From Candidatus Babelota bacterium (GTDB lineage: Bacteria > Babelota > Babeliae > Babelales > Vermiphilaceae): a DNA stretch of 64,000 nucleotides. Below, piece after piece: positions 10,256 to 20,117 of this stretch (position 1 is the stretch's first letter; each line of letters starts with the position of its first letter). The stretch covers positions 1,028 to 65,027 of the forward strand of contig JAGQHQ010000005.1 in NCBI GenBank assembly GCA_020431705.1. Reading direction: 5' to 3'. The notes below the pieces were generated by a model that worked only from the letters and a program-made list of their open reading frames with translations, was not told the origin of the DNA and searched no databases. The position numbers were made by a program, and so were the translations under genes.

Positions 10256-11599
10256 TTATCCCTTTAAATAATTATCAAGGAATGTTGGCCATGCATTGCC
10301 TTGTGCAAATTGTGTTTTTTTGTATGAGCTATGTATATTCCGCAGTGGAAAGTACACGGAAAGGCCCTCTGCTTTAATCAGACTATGTCCTGCAGCATTT
10401 GCAAACACCGTGTTTTCTATGTTAGCAATTGCAAGCTTTAAGCTTTCTTGAAGCTCTTCTTTAAATTTAAATGTTGCATGTGTATTATGCAAGGACATGC
10501 TCTCTGAGTGAGAAAGTAGGTTGTTGTACCAATGGTGCAGATCAATATAGCTTGGCTCGCTAAAGTGTGTGCAATCTGATTTTCTACGGCTTCTTTCTAT
10601 GACGTTTTTTACCGAGGATTGATTTTGGTTTTTTAATCCATAAATCAAAAGGCTTGCTATTGTATTAATGTCTTCTTCTATAATATTGAGTGCATCAAGG
10701 TTGATTGCAGATTGAGTGAAGTCGTTAGTGATTTTTTCATATACATCATGATACGAGACAACCATTTGTGTTGCCAGTCCGACTGGATCCATGCTTCCCT
10801 GTGTAAATGGTGCGAGTACTTTACTATAATTCCAGCCGGTTCCAAGCTCAACTTCTTGTGAGCCAACCATAATATGAGAATGGTGTTTTATAATATTTGC
10901 TACCTCAAGCATCGACATAAAGCATGCATCAAACCCAATGATATTAAATTTTTCACCATGTAAATAATTTTCGCATACCATTTTAAGTGCGCTATCGAGT
11001 TTTTGATTTGTTAAGTAATTTCCCGTTGTGTCATCCCAGCAAACACCTCTATCTTGTAATAATTCAAATGGGCTTATGCTTCGGTCAAGATCAAACTTTC
11101 TTGTTTTTGGGTTGAACACAAATAAATCAATAACATTTAAAATTCTGCCTCGGTCTGTGTCTAAAATTCCTGATCCATGATTCCAAAATATAAGCGCATA
11201 ATGCTTTGCGGGATATTTACTTATTGCCCATTTACAACAAGAAACTAATGTTTTTGGATCTCCACTATCCATGCTTTGTGTGTGTGGATCATTGGCATTC
11301 ATGTGTATAAATTTATCTTTTTCCACATAGTAGCGGCGCGTAATTTTTTTGTTTCCCGATATGCGAATGTCAAGATGGACTACGATATTCATGTGCTTGT
11401 TTGAGCCGACTTGGCACATTTGTTTTATGTTTTTTGCAGCAAAGCCACGTAGGTCATTGTCTGCGGCCATATATACAATAATGGTCCAATCTTTTTTTGG
11501 GTATATCTTTGTGTGTGTTAAATTAAAAAAGCTTGCTAGAAAAAGCATATATAACAGTTGCTTAAGTATTTTTTTTGTAAAAGTGTGCCAAGTTTTCAT
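10256..11599 (-). CDS. Secreted clostripain-like cysteine peptidase (C11 family)
   Basis: A signal-like N-terminus is followed by DWTIIVYMAADNDL, FWNHGSG (catalytic His context) and GFDACFMSMLE (catalytic Cys context). Confidence 0.8.
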   Translation of the reverse strand: MKTWHTFTKKILKQLLYMLFLASFFNLTHTKIYPKKDWTIIVYMAADNDLRGFAAKNIKQMCQVGSNKHMNIVVHLDIRISGNKKITRRYYVEKDKFIHMNANDPHTQSMDSGDPKTLVSCCKWAISKYPAKHYALIFWNHGSGILDTDRGRILNVIDLFVFNPKTRKFDLDRSISPFELLQDRGVCWDDTTGNYLTNQKLDSALKMVCENYLHGEKFNIIGFDACFMSMLEVANIIKHHSHIMVGSQEVELGTGWNYSKVLAPFTQGSMDPVGLATQMVVSYHDVYEKITNDFTQSAINLDALNIIEEDINTIASLLIYGLKNQNQSSVKNVIERSRRKSDCTHFSEPSYIDLHHWYNNLLSHSESMSLHNTHATFKFKEELQESLKLAIANIENTVFANAAGHSLIKAEGLSVYFPLRNIHSSYKKTQFAQGNAWPTFLDNYLKG

Positions 11600-11687
11600 T
11601 ATAATCTCCTTTTTACGTGAGAATTTGTTCTCCTATGGGTAATCCTATTGAATTAAGGAGTTGATAATCAATAAAATTATTACAAAA

Positions 11688-12896
11688 TTATATTTTTTGG
11701 CTGCTGCTTCTATTTAATAATGCAAGCGCAAGAGTGAGGCCAAAGCTTAGTTGAAAGTCCAAAAAAAAGAGTTGTGTGGGATTGAGCACAAGTGTGACTA
11801 GGCAAACAAGGGTTAATAGATGTAAAAAATCTGTTTGCAGGCGAAGTATGGTGCCAAATTTATATAACAAAAAGGTAGAAAATGCCCTATTAAATGATGT
11901 GCTAGGCCAACTTAATAAAAAATAAATAATACCCATAACAACAACAGCTATTTGTTTAATGGTGAATGGTGCTGGAATAAGGCGAAATAATAAATTCCAT
12001 AGTAAAATAAAAATAATTAAATGTAGTCCCGATCGGGCAAAATAATGTGCAATTCCCCAACGCTTACCCTGCTCTTTTGTTTGTTGAGTGTAATAAAAAC
12101 TTGTATTATTGTTTCCAAAAAATATTTTTGCAACAAGAGTAAAATGCTTTTTGTTTATTTTGTTTTTGAGTGTACTAAAGATAGTGTTCTTCTTTTGGTG
12201 TAGCCAGCGCGTGAGCGAATATGTTGCCCTGCTGATTGGGATATAGTTGAGCTTTGGCTCACAAGTGGTTGCTGCAATATGTTCTTTAATTAAATAATTA
12301 TTAAACGATTCATTCTTGATTTTTTTGAAAAGGAGATTTGCGATTTTTATTACATCTCCAACTTGTATATCTTTTTGAGTTTGTGTGTAAAGTGTAATTT
12401 TTTTTCCAGAGCTATTTTCTGTTTGATGTGTTGTATTGTTGCTTGTTTGCAGCATATTTTTTATTTTAAGGGTAATTTTTGTTTTAAGATGACCCTTTGC
12501 AAGCTGCTCTATATCTGTAACTTCTCCTATCACCGTATGTTTCTTTTTATTGATAAGGTCCTGAAAGTTTTTGTGCTTTATTTGTTGATTATAATATAAA
12601 AATGCTCCACACAGAGAGGTTGTAGGCAATAATACGACTAGGGTGAATTTTTTTTTGTATTGTTTTATAATGCAGATGGAGGTAAAGATGATTAAAATAA
12701 CTATGCCTATAAGCAATAATTCTGGTTGATAAAGAAGGTAGTGTGAGGGGTATGAGCTGCGTAAAAAAGATTGATAAATGATTCCTAGGGAATAAAAAGT
12801 GAGTGCGTAAAATGACCAATGAAATATTGGTTTTTCATGGTATATATAGCGACTGATAATAATTTGTTTTATTTTGAGAGCACCCCTGAATAACAT
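11688..12896 (-). CDS. ComEC/Rec2-like membrane protein, short form without metallo-beta-lactamase domain
   Basis: Multi-TM N-terminus and an OB-like middle region. The competence-domain signature GIAHYFARSGLHLIIFILLW resembles the ComEC ...H..aiSGlH.. motif. The ORF ends after 402 aa. Confidence 0.6.
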   Translation of the reverse strand: MLFRGALKIKQIIISRYIYHEKPIFHWSFYALTFYSLGIIYQSFLRSSYPSHYLLYQPELLLIGIVILIIFTSICIIKQYKKKFTLVVLLPTTSLCGAFLYYNQQIKHKNFQDLINKKKHTVIGEVTDIEQLAKGHLKTKITLKIKNMLQTSNNTTHQTENSSGKKITLYTQTQKDIQVGDVIKIANLLFKKIKNESFNNYLIKEHIAATTCEPKLNYIPISRATYSLTRWLHQKKNTIFSTLKNKINKKHFTLVAKIFFGNNNTSFYYTQQTKEQGKRWGIAHYFARSGLHLIIFILLWNLLFRLIPAPFTIKQIAVVVMGIIYFLLSWPSTSFNRAFSTFLLYKFGTILRLQTDFLHLLTLVCLVTLVLNPTQLFFLDFQLSFGLTLALALLNRSSSQKI

Positions 12897-12996
12897 AATT
12901 ACTTACTGTAACACAATTTTTATTTTTAAGAACAGGGAGATTTGCGGTGCTTATGTTGGAAATTTCTCTAGTTTAGCAATAATGATGTGTTTTGGG

Positions 12997-13863
12997 CTAG
13001 GTTATGATTTCGATAATATCTTCAACTGTTTTGGTTTCAATTCTACTTGGGTTTTTAAGTGCATTGAGCATAAAATTAAGACGCTCAATTGCGCTTTTCA
13101 GCTCCCTTATTTTTACCTGGTCAGAAGAAGAAAGTTTGGCAAGGTTTACCTGTATGTCTCGATTATACTCTCTATTCTCTGTGACATATTTATCCATTTC
13201 TTCAATGGTTTTTTCAGAAAGCATTCGAGTTTCTATTTGTTGTTTATACAAAGAGGTTTTTATTCTTGCCTTATTGAGTTCTGCTTGGGATGTTTTCTTT
13301 GTGAGGTTATTAATTTCTTTGCCCTTTTCTTGTATTTTTACTAAATAATCTTTTAGCTCGGTTGCCATTTTTGTTTTTAGGCTTCTTATTTGTTTTGCAT
13401 ATGATGCAACCGTTGCATCATCGAGTGCTTGTTTTACCAATTTGTTTAAGTCACTGTATTGGCGAGAGGTTTCTGTATAGACATTTGCATATAGCTCATT
13501 CATGTCTTCTTCGAGCTTTTTGAGTTGTTTTTCAAGTTTTTTGATACCGTACTTTTCCTTTATTTTATCTATTTCGTCGTTATTTTTTTTTATTTTTTGT
13601 TGCACCGTGGAAACGCCAGGTGCGCTACGAACAATGCGATCCAAATAGCGATTAATTACATTTATTGTAGCTTCAACACGTTGTACAATTGCACGAGCTC
13701 GTGTTTCCTGCAGTTTTTTGGAAAAAAGATCAGCTTTTTTTTTCTCTGTAGCTTCTTTGGTCTTTTGTGTTGGTGTAGCTGCTTGTACCCAGCTTTTTTT
13801 TAGTAAACCGATGGTAACAGTAATTGATGTAACAAGAATAATTATTACCATGCTTTTTTTCAT
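12997..13863 (-). CDS. Hypothetical membrane-anchored coiled-coil protein
   Basis: The track ORF is 12997..13899. The likely start is MKKSMVIIILVTSITVTIGLL. The remainder is a K/E/Q-rich heptad-like sequence with no recognised domain. Confidence 0.5.
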   Translation of the reverse strand: MKKSMVIIILVTSITVTIGLLKKSWVQAATPTQKTKEATEKKKADLFSKKLQETRARAIVQRVEATINVINRYLDRIVRSAPGVSTVQQKIKKNNDEIDKIKEKYGIKKLEKQLKKLEEDMNELYANVYTETSRQYSDLNKLVKQALDDATVASYAKQIRSLKTKMATELKDYLVKIQEKGKEINNLTKKTSQAELNKARIKTSLYKQQIETRMLSEKTIEEMDKYVTENREYNRDIQVNLAKLSSSDQVKIRELKSAIERLNFMLNALKNPSRIETKTVEDIIEIIT

Positions 13864-14039
13864 CACATCCCCTAATATTGGTAGTGCGTTATATTGCACT
13901 GTGCTTATTCTAATCTTTCTATAGCGATAATAATTAATTTTTAGGAGTTAGTTCAATGTTTTTTATCTAAGCTATTTAAAAGGGCTTTTGCTGGCGCTAT
14001 TCTTTCTAATGTGTAACAATTAGTCCGAAGGAGAGATGT

Positions 14040-16781
14040 GTGAAAAAATGTGTAGTTTTTTATATAGGTATTTTTTTAGGTGTTTTTAGTTGTGATTTGT
14101 TAGCAAACAGCTATATGCGAGTAGAAAGCAATAGGAATAGTATGGAAAAAATATTAAAGAAACTAGTGGTGGACAAGAAAGTGCTTGATAATGGGATGAC
14201 TGTATTGGTCAATTCTGTGCATACTATTCCAAAAGTTTCTTTACAAATCTGGTACAATGTTGGTGCAAAAGATGAAAAAACGGGAGAAAAAGGGCTTGCT
14301 CATTTAATTGAACATATGATTTTCAAGGGAACGCAAGAATTACTTTCTGAGTCCGATATAAATGTTCTGACACATAAGCTTTCTGGTAGTTGTAATGCCT
14401 TTACCTGGTATGACTATACGGGATACTTGTTTAATTTGCCCTCGCATAACTGGGAAAAAATTTTGCCAGTGATTGCTGACTGTATGAGCAATTGCTCTTT
14501 TAACGATGATCATCTTAATTCTGAAATGAAAGCAGTAATTCAAGAGTTGAAAATGCGTCGAGATGACTATGGCGGAAGCTTGATTGAAGATTTATTAACT
14601 TCTATTTTTGCTGATCATCCATATCATTATCCGGTTATTGGTTATAAACAGGATTTATGGAGTGTGCGCGGTAAGGATCTAAAAAAGTTTTATAAAGAAC
14701 ATTATATACCAAATAACGCAACATTAGTTGTTGTTGGTGATGTTAGCTCTGATCATGTATTTAATATTGCTCAAAAATATTTTGGTAGTATTAAGCAAAA
14801 ATCAGATTATAAACGTCCATCATTCTATTATAATAAAGATATTGTTTCCAAACAGGTTACGTTCTATCGCGATGTTAAGCAGTCACTTATAGTTAATGCT
14901 TTCGTAGTTCCAGGATTTTATGAAAAAGTTGATCATATAATAGATTTATTAGTTTTAATTTTAGGCTCGGGTAAAGCATCTCGCTTGTATAAAAAGTTGG
15001 TTGACGAGTTGCAATTGGTAACATCTATCAGTGCTTCGTCTTGGAATTTATTCGAATATGGATTGTTTATTATAAGTTTTGAACCGAAACGTATGGAAGA
15101 TGTTGCCACAATAGAATTACTGATTAATGAAGAAATAGCTTCTATTGTTAAGGGTGGTTTGCGTGATGATGAAATGCAGCGCGCTGTGAAAAAATTACAA
15201 ATGCAATATTACAAATTATTAGAAGACATGGAACAACAAGCATATAAAATAGGCGAAAGTTTTTTGGCAACTGGCGATGAAAATTATGCATTTGAGTATT
15301 TAAGTGAGCCAATTGAGCAATTAAGGAAAAAAGCACAAAATCTGGTTGAGGCATATATGCGTCCATCTATAATGCACAAGGGCGCTATTTTACCATTACC
15401 AAAAGAAGAAAAGGAGCAGTGGGCATTATTACAGCAATTTTCTGATCAAGAAGATAAGAAAATCTTATCGGAAAGAATTCGCTACACGCCGGTTGAGCCA
15501 CCGCGTTATGCGCTTACTATTGAACCAGAAAAAGCGAAAAAATTTCATTTTCCACATGCCCGAAAAGCCGAGCTTTCAAATGGAGTTAGGGTTTTATCTT
15601 ATAACAACAATACAACGCCAAAAATTAATCTTATTTTAGATTTAAAAGCAAAAGCATATTATGACCCAGAAGATAAACAGGGGCTTTATGGTTTTGTGGC
15701 ACGAATGCTTTCTGAGGGAACAAGTAAATATACTGCAACTGAACTTGCGCATGAATTTGAATCACGCGGTATGTCTTTTTCTGTATATCCAGGCTCTATT
15801 GCTATAAGTATGCTAGCGCAGGATTTACCTAAAGGGCTTGAGCTGTTATATGAAATACTTACTGATTCAATTTTTGATGAGAAATGTATAGAAAAAGTGC
15901 GTACCCAGATTTTAGTAGATATTAAAAATTTTTGGGATGAACCGTATTATTTTGCGGGTCAGTTGTTGAAAGAGCAAATTTATAAGGGGCATCCATATAG
16001 CAAAAACTCATTGGGAACAGAAGAGTCAATTAAATCAATTACTCGTGATGATCTAGTGGAGTTTTACAAAAAATATATTAGTCCTAATGGTGCAAAAATA
16101 TCTATCGTTGGTGATTTCTCTGGTTATAATTTGGAAAAAGAGCTTGAGCAAATATTTGGTGCATGGATTGGAAGTAGTGTTGAAGACATAGAGTTTCCAG
16201 GGCTTGAAAAGACGTCGGGGCAAGAAATCAATCATTCAATTAATCGTGATCAGGTCACCCTTTGCTTTGTTGGTCTTTCAATCAATCGTTGCGATAAAGA
16301 CTACGATAAGCTTTTGGTTTTTGATCAAATTTTAGGAGGCGGCGTGCTTGGCTCTATGAGTTCTCGTTTATTTCAACTACGTGAGCAAACTGGGCTTTTT
16401 TATACAATCAACGGATCTTTAATTGCTAACGTTGATATTGAACCGGGAATGATAGCCGTAAAAACAATAGTTTCTGTTGATCGTTTGCAAGAGGCAGAAG
16501 ATGCGATTAAAGAAACATTAAAAGGTGTAGCAGACACGATTGAAAAAGATGAATTTGAGCATGCCAAGGATGCAATTATAAACTCGTTGGTTAATCATTT
16601 TGAATCCAATTATAGTATCGCAAGTGTGTTTCTTTTTTTGGATAAATATAATTTATCAGAGGACTATTTTGATGCTCGAGCGCAAGATTTTGAAAAAATA
16701 ACAATTACTCAAGTTAAAGAGGCTGTACAAAATGTGCTTGATGTAGATAATTTGCTAACACTTAGAATAGGCAGAGTCTAA
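14040..16781 (+). CDS. Two-unit M16 (pitrilysin-family) zinc peptidase, exported
   Basis: GTG start with GGAGAG upstream and a signal-like N-terminus. The inverted zinc motif HLIEHMIFKGT (HxxEH) is present, followed by a second, M16-like half (913 aa). Confidence 0.9.
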   Translation: MKKCVVFYIGIFLGVFSCDLLANSYMRVESNRNSMEKILKKLVVDKKVLDNGMTVLVNSVHTIPKVSLQIWYNVGAKDEKTGEKGLAHLIEHMIFKGTQELLSESDINVLTHKLSGSCNAFTWYDYTGYLFNLPSHNWEKILPVIADCMSNCSFNDDHLNSEMKAVIQELKMRRDDYGGSLIEDLLTSIFADHPYHYPVIGYKQDLWSVRGKDLKKFYKEHYIPNNATLVVVGDVSSDHVFNIAQKYFGSIKQKSDYKRPSFYYNKDIVSKQVTFYRDVKQSLIVNAFVVPGFYEKVDHIIDLLVLILGSGKASRLYKKLVDELQLVTSISASSWNLFEYGLFIISFEPKRMEDVATIELLINEEIASIVKGGLRDDEMQRAVKKLQMQYYKLLEDMEQQAYKIGESFLATGDENYAFEYLSEPIEQLRKKAQNLVEAYMRPSIMHKGAILPLPKEEKEQWALLQQFSDQEDKKILSERIRYTPVEPPRYALTIEPEKAKKFHFPHARKAELSNGVRVLSYNNNTTPKINLILDLKAKAYYDPEDKQGLYGFVARMLSEGTSKYTATELAHEFESRGMSFSVYPGSIAISMLAQDLPKGLELLYEILTDSIFDEKCIEKVRTQILVDIKNFWDEPYYFAGQLLKEQIYKGHPYSKNSLGTEESIKSITRDDLVEFYKKYISPNGAKISIVGDFSGYNLEKELEQIFGAWIGSSVEDIEFPGLEKTSGQEINHSINRDQVTLCFVGLSINRCDKDYDKLLVFDQILGGGVLGSMSSRLFQLREQTGLFYTINGSLIANVDIEPGMIAVKTIVSVDRLQEAEDAIKETLKGVADTIEKDEFEHAKDAIINSLVNHFESNYSIASVFLFLDKYNLSEDYFDARAQDFEKITITQVKEAVQNVLDVDNLLTLRIGRV

Positions 16782-16825
16782 AAGGTAATTTCTTAATTCA
16801 GAAATGTTTTGTTACTTAAAAGTTG

Positions 16826-17167
16826 TTAGTATTTTTTTATTGTCTGGCCGAAGTTAAACCATTTGCTGAATGTGTTTATCCAATTTGTCCAATTGCTTGG
16901 TTTTTTCTGTATGTTTTTCACTTTTTCTGTTGTATCTGATTGTAAGAATATTTTTTTATGTTTTTGTATATTCTTTTTTGTAGATATAGTGAAATCCTGA
17001 TAACGGGATCTATACCATGCTTTTAGTCTTGGCGATAAATACTTCTTTATGTTAGGTTGATATTTTTTCTTGATTGATTGTGGAATTCTCATTTTTCCAG
17101 TTCTATAACTGGAGAAAATAAGTGGAACAATAATCAATATTACTATAATGAGAACAGGTTTTTTCAT
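16826..17167 (-). CDS. Hypothetical small basic membrane-anchored protein
   Basis: 113 aa with an N-terminal TM segment (MKKPVLIIVILIIVPLIF) and a Lys-rich remainder. No homology recognised. Confidence 0.4.
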   Translation of the reverse strand: MKKPVLIIVILIIVPLIFSSYRTGKMRIPQSIKKKYQPNIKKYLSPRLKAWYRSRYQDFTISTKKNIQKHKKIFLQSDTTEKVKNIQKKPSNWTNWINTFSKWFNFGQTIKKY

Positions 17168-17206
17168 AGTATATACTCACTGTTTCTACATAGATTACAA
17201 GCTCAT

Positions 17207-18127
17207 TTATATACCTAATGTGCTTGTAATTTTTTTTATTTTTATTGCGGATTCTTGTAATTGTTTTTGCTCAGTTTCATTTAAGTGTGTTGGTACAATT
17301 GATTCTACACCATGTACGCCAAGAACAACCGGCATGCTTAAGCACGTGTCGTATTCTTTGATATAGCAAGAAATGGGAAAAATTTGTTTCTGATCAAACA
17401 GAATTGCTTCGCAAATATCAGTTACACAGCTTGCTATACCATAATACGTTGCTCCTTTGCATTCTATTATTTCATATGCGCGCCTGCGCGTTTCTTGTGC
17501 AATTTGTTCTAATTTTTGGTTATTTAAATCGATAAAATCTTTAATCAAAGAACCATTAATATGCGCAGTTGACCAAATAGGAACTTGTGAGTCGCCATGT
17601 TCACCTAAAATATATACATCAACTGATTGACGAGCGATACCAATTTTTTTTGCTAGTAATCCGCGTAATCGCTGTGTATCCAAATACGTGCCAGACCCAA
17701 TAACTTGATTGTGCAGTAAGCCACTTATTTTTTGTGTGTAATGTGTTAAAACATCGACAGGGTTAGTAACCATTAAAATAATAGTATCTTCTCGTATTGG
17801 TTTAATATTGTTTATTATTGAGGCGACAATTTTTTTGTTTGTTTGTGCAAGTTCTGAACGGTCTTGCCTAGGCTCTTGTTTTTTTCCAGCAGCGATAATA
17901 ATAATATTTGCCAGGCTAGCGTCTTGTGATGTACCGCTACGCACTATTGATGTTTCACAAAAGGCTAGAGCATCCGATAAGTCTAACACCTCACCTGTGC
18001 AGCGAACCTCGTCAATATCTACGAGTATTATTTCTGCGATTACATTTTTAAGCATGAGGGTATAAGCAATGGTTGAGCCAACCAGCCCTGCGCCTATAAT
18101 TGCTATTTTTGACTCCTTCATTAACAC
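17207..18127 (-). CDS. ldh: L-lactate dehydrogenase (LDH/MDH superfamily; Gln at the substrate-discriminating position)
   Basis: KIAIIGAGLVGSTIAY (Rossmann fold), AAGKKQEPRQDRSEL (Q, not R, at the LDH position 102 equivalent) and LGEHGDSQVP are present. Confidence 0.8.
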   Translation of the reverse strand: MLMKESKIAIIGAGLVGSTIAYTLMLKNVIAEIILVDIDEVRCTGEVLDLSDALAFCETSIVRSGTSQDASLANIIIIAAGKKQEPRQDRSELAQTNKKIVASIINNIKPIREDTIILMVTNPVDVLTHYTQKISGLLHNQVIGSGTYLDTQRLRGLLAKKIGIARQSVDVYILGEHGDSQVPIWSTAHINGSLIKDFIDLNNQKLEQIAQETRRRAYEIIECKGATYYGIASCVTDICEAILFDQKQIFPISCYIKEYDTCLSMPVVLGVHGVESIVPTHLNETEQKQLQESAIKIKKITSTLGI

Positions 18128-18479
18128 CTCTTTTTTTATCCTAAAAGCATTATTTTTAATTTACTTTTTTTACAAACCATGGGATAGGAATGCTCGTTGT
18201 TTTTGTGTACTCTTGGTATACTTTATTTTTCCAAGTTGTTGTTCTGTTAGTGGAATACCAGAAACATAGCGCAATAAATATGTAATAAGTAAAGGACTAA
18301 GTGTATCGCCATAATCCCTGAGTCATAATTTGACCCTTATTTGCGATTTTTTTAAAATGGCTGTTGTAGCTAGTATATCCCCCCCCTTGTTGTGTATGCT
18401 ATACTTAAATCTTTTCCTAAACTTACTGTATATTATAAAACTAATTTTTTGCAATAAGTGGATTATTTGTATTACTCTC

Positions 18480-19319
18480 ATGAGATATTTAAAGAAAAAC
18501 CAAATAAAAAATTTCCAACAGTATATTTGGTCGTTTTACAAAAAAGCGGGCCGTAAATTTATTTGGCGTTATATTGACGACCCATACAAAATTGTTGTTT
18601 CAGAAATCATGCTTCAACAAACGCAAACGTGTCGAGTTATTGAAAAATATAAGAATTTTATTGCGGTATTTGCAGATTTTAAGTCACTTGCAAGTGCATC
18701 ATTGCTTGATGTATTGCGATTGTGGCAAGGGCTTGGATATAATAGGCGTGGCAAGTATTTACACTGTATTGCACAAAAAGTAGTAAATGAGTTTGATGGT
18801 CAATTGCCAAATTGTCCGCAAATACTTGAAGCACTCCCTGGTATTGGTCCAGCAACAGCCTCTTCAATTTGTGCATTTGCTTTTAATAGTCCAACTGTAT
18901 TTATAGAAACAAATATTCGCGCTGTATTTATTCACCACTTTTTTCAGTATCAAGAAAAAGTGCATGATAAAGAAATTTTTCCATTAATTAAATTAACGCT
19001 TGATACAACAAATCCACGTGAATGGTATTATGCACTGATGGATTATGGTGTTATGCTCAAAAAAAGGTTACCTAATCCCAACAAAAAAAGTAAACATTAC
19101 ACCAAGCAGTCTAAATTTGAAGGTTCTAACCGACAAATTAGAGGTATGATTTTGAAAATATTAATTAAACATAATAGTATCACAAAAAGTAGCTTATTTG
19201 ATTTTATTAATCACGAAAAAGGACGGGTTGAAAGTGTTTTTGGGCAACTTATTGATGAAGACTTTATTGTAGAAAAGAATGGTAAGATTTTTTTTAAAAA
19301 CTTACTTCAAAATTCATAG
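18480..19319 (+). CDS. HhH-GPD base-excision glycosylase, MutY-like N-terminal domain; no Fe-S loop, no NUDIX domain
   Basis: The track ORF starts at 18330, but homology starts at the ATG at 18480 (MRYLKKNQ). VSEIMLQQTQ, WQGLGYNRRG and LPGIGPATASSICAFAF (HhH-GPD) are present. No Cys-x6-C-x2-C-x5-C cluster is present. Confidence 0.7.
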   Translation: MRYLKKNQIKNFQQYIWSFYKKAGRKFIWRYIDDPYKIVVSEIMLQQTQTCRVIEKYKNFIAVFADFKSLASASLLDVLRLWQGLGYNRRGKYLHCIAQKVVNEFDGQLPNCPQILEALPGIGPATASSICAFAFNSPTVFIETNIRAVFIHHFFQYQEKVHDKEIFPLIKLTLDTTNPREWYYALMDYGVMLKKRLPNPNKKSKHYTKQSKFEGSNRQIRGMILKILIKHNSITKSSLFDFINHEKGRVESVFGQLIDEDFIVEKNGKIFFKNLLQNS

Positions 19320-19466
19320 ATACCTTAAAATATAGAATATAGAATATAGTGAATACCCAAAAATCTTATATGGACTAAATGGTTACAAGTTGCACATTTT
19401 GTTTTTTTTGTTATTATATAAGTATATTATATATTTTGTTGTAATATATTTAAAAGTGGAGGATTC

Positions 19467-20054
19467 ATGAGTTTTTTTTCTATTAAGCATATTATGTTTT
19501 TTTTGGCAACAATCAGTCTTGGTTTTTCAGGTGTGATATTCAGTGAAACTACAAAAAAACAACTAAAGTACAATATCATAGCGTTAGCTAATACGGCATG
19601 TTTATACCAAAGAGTCCTAGGCAGGGATAGAGTTGTTAAGAATTTTTTAATGTCTGTACCAACTAAAAAAAGTAAGAAAATTACTTGGATAAGTCCAGAA
19701 ATTGCATATGCTTCATTAGAAGAATCTGGAATACATATGCTATCTTATGCATATTATACTTCTAACTTAGTACATACACAATTTAAAAGACCATTTAGTT
19801 CTATTTCTTGTATCAAAAAAGGAGTTTGTGGTGCTGTAAGAGGATATGCTTATGGTGTTATCTCTGAAAATGTGCTGCCATGGCTTTTCAAAAAATTGAA
19901 TGTAGAACGAAATAGTTCTGCGGGTGTGGCAGTTGAGGGCATTGCAAAATTTTTCATTATGTATGGAATTTGTACTGCAGAACAGACCATTAAAGATCGG
20001 AAGTTTAGTCCTACTATGCCTTTATTTAGTTTGGTTGCAAATTTTCAATTATAG
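19467..20054 (+). CDS. Hypothetical exported protein
   Basis: 195 aa with a signal-like N-terminus (IMFFLATISLGFSGVIFS). No domain recognised. Confidence 0.5.
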   Translation: MSFFSIKHIMFFLATISLGFSGVIFSETTKKQLKYNIIALANTACLYQRVLGRDRVVKNFLMSVPTKKSKKITWISPEIAYASLEESGIHMLSYAYYTSNLVHTQFKRPFSSISCIKKGVCGAVRGYAYGVISENVLPWLFKKLNVERNSSAGVAVEGIAKFFIMYGICTAEQTIKDRKFSPTMPLFSLVANFQL

Positions 20055-20097
20055 AACCTATTCCAAAATTTATAAATACTTCAATGTATAGAATATA

Positions 20098-20117
20098 GCG
20101 GCAATCCAAATTGCCGC
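20098..20117 (+). terminator. Hairpin GCGGCAAT-ccaa-ATTGCCGC downstream of 19467..20054
   Basis: Perfect 8-bp stem with a 4-nt loop, read directly. It is followed by tatgtagTTTT, so the U-tract is weak. Confidence 0.45.

Noticed and set aside
12874-13924. Plus-strand ORFs 12874..13344, 13004..13348, 13525..13803 and 13718..13924.
   Set aside because: They lie antisense to the coiled-coil gene 12997..13863. Their composition (F/L/I/S-rich) mirrors the K/E-rich sense strand.
18330-18479. A 50-codon N-terminal extension of the MutY-like ORF.
   Set aside because: It is hydrophobic junk without homology. The MutY-like alignment starts at the internal ATG at 18480.
19325-19355. A TATAGAATATAG microrepeat upstream of ORF 19467, with a similar 12-mer at 20086-20097 downstream, as possible element ends.
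   Set aside because: The repeats are too short and AT-rich to distinguish from chance in this genome. No target-site duplication or coding evidence for mobility was seen.
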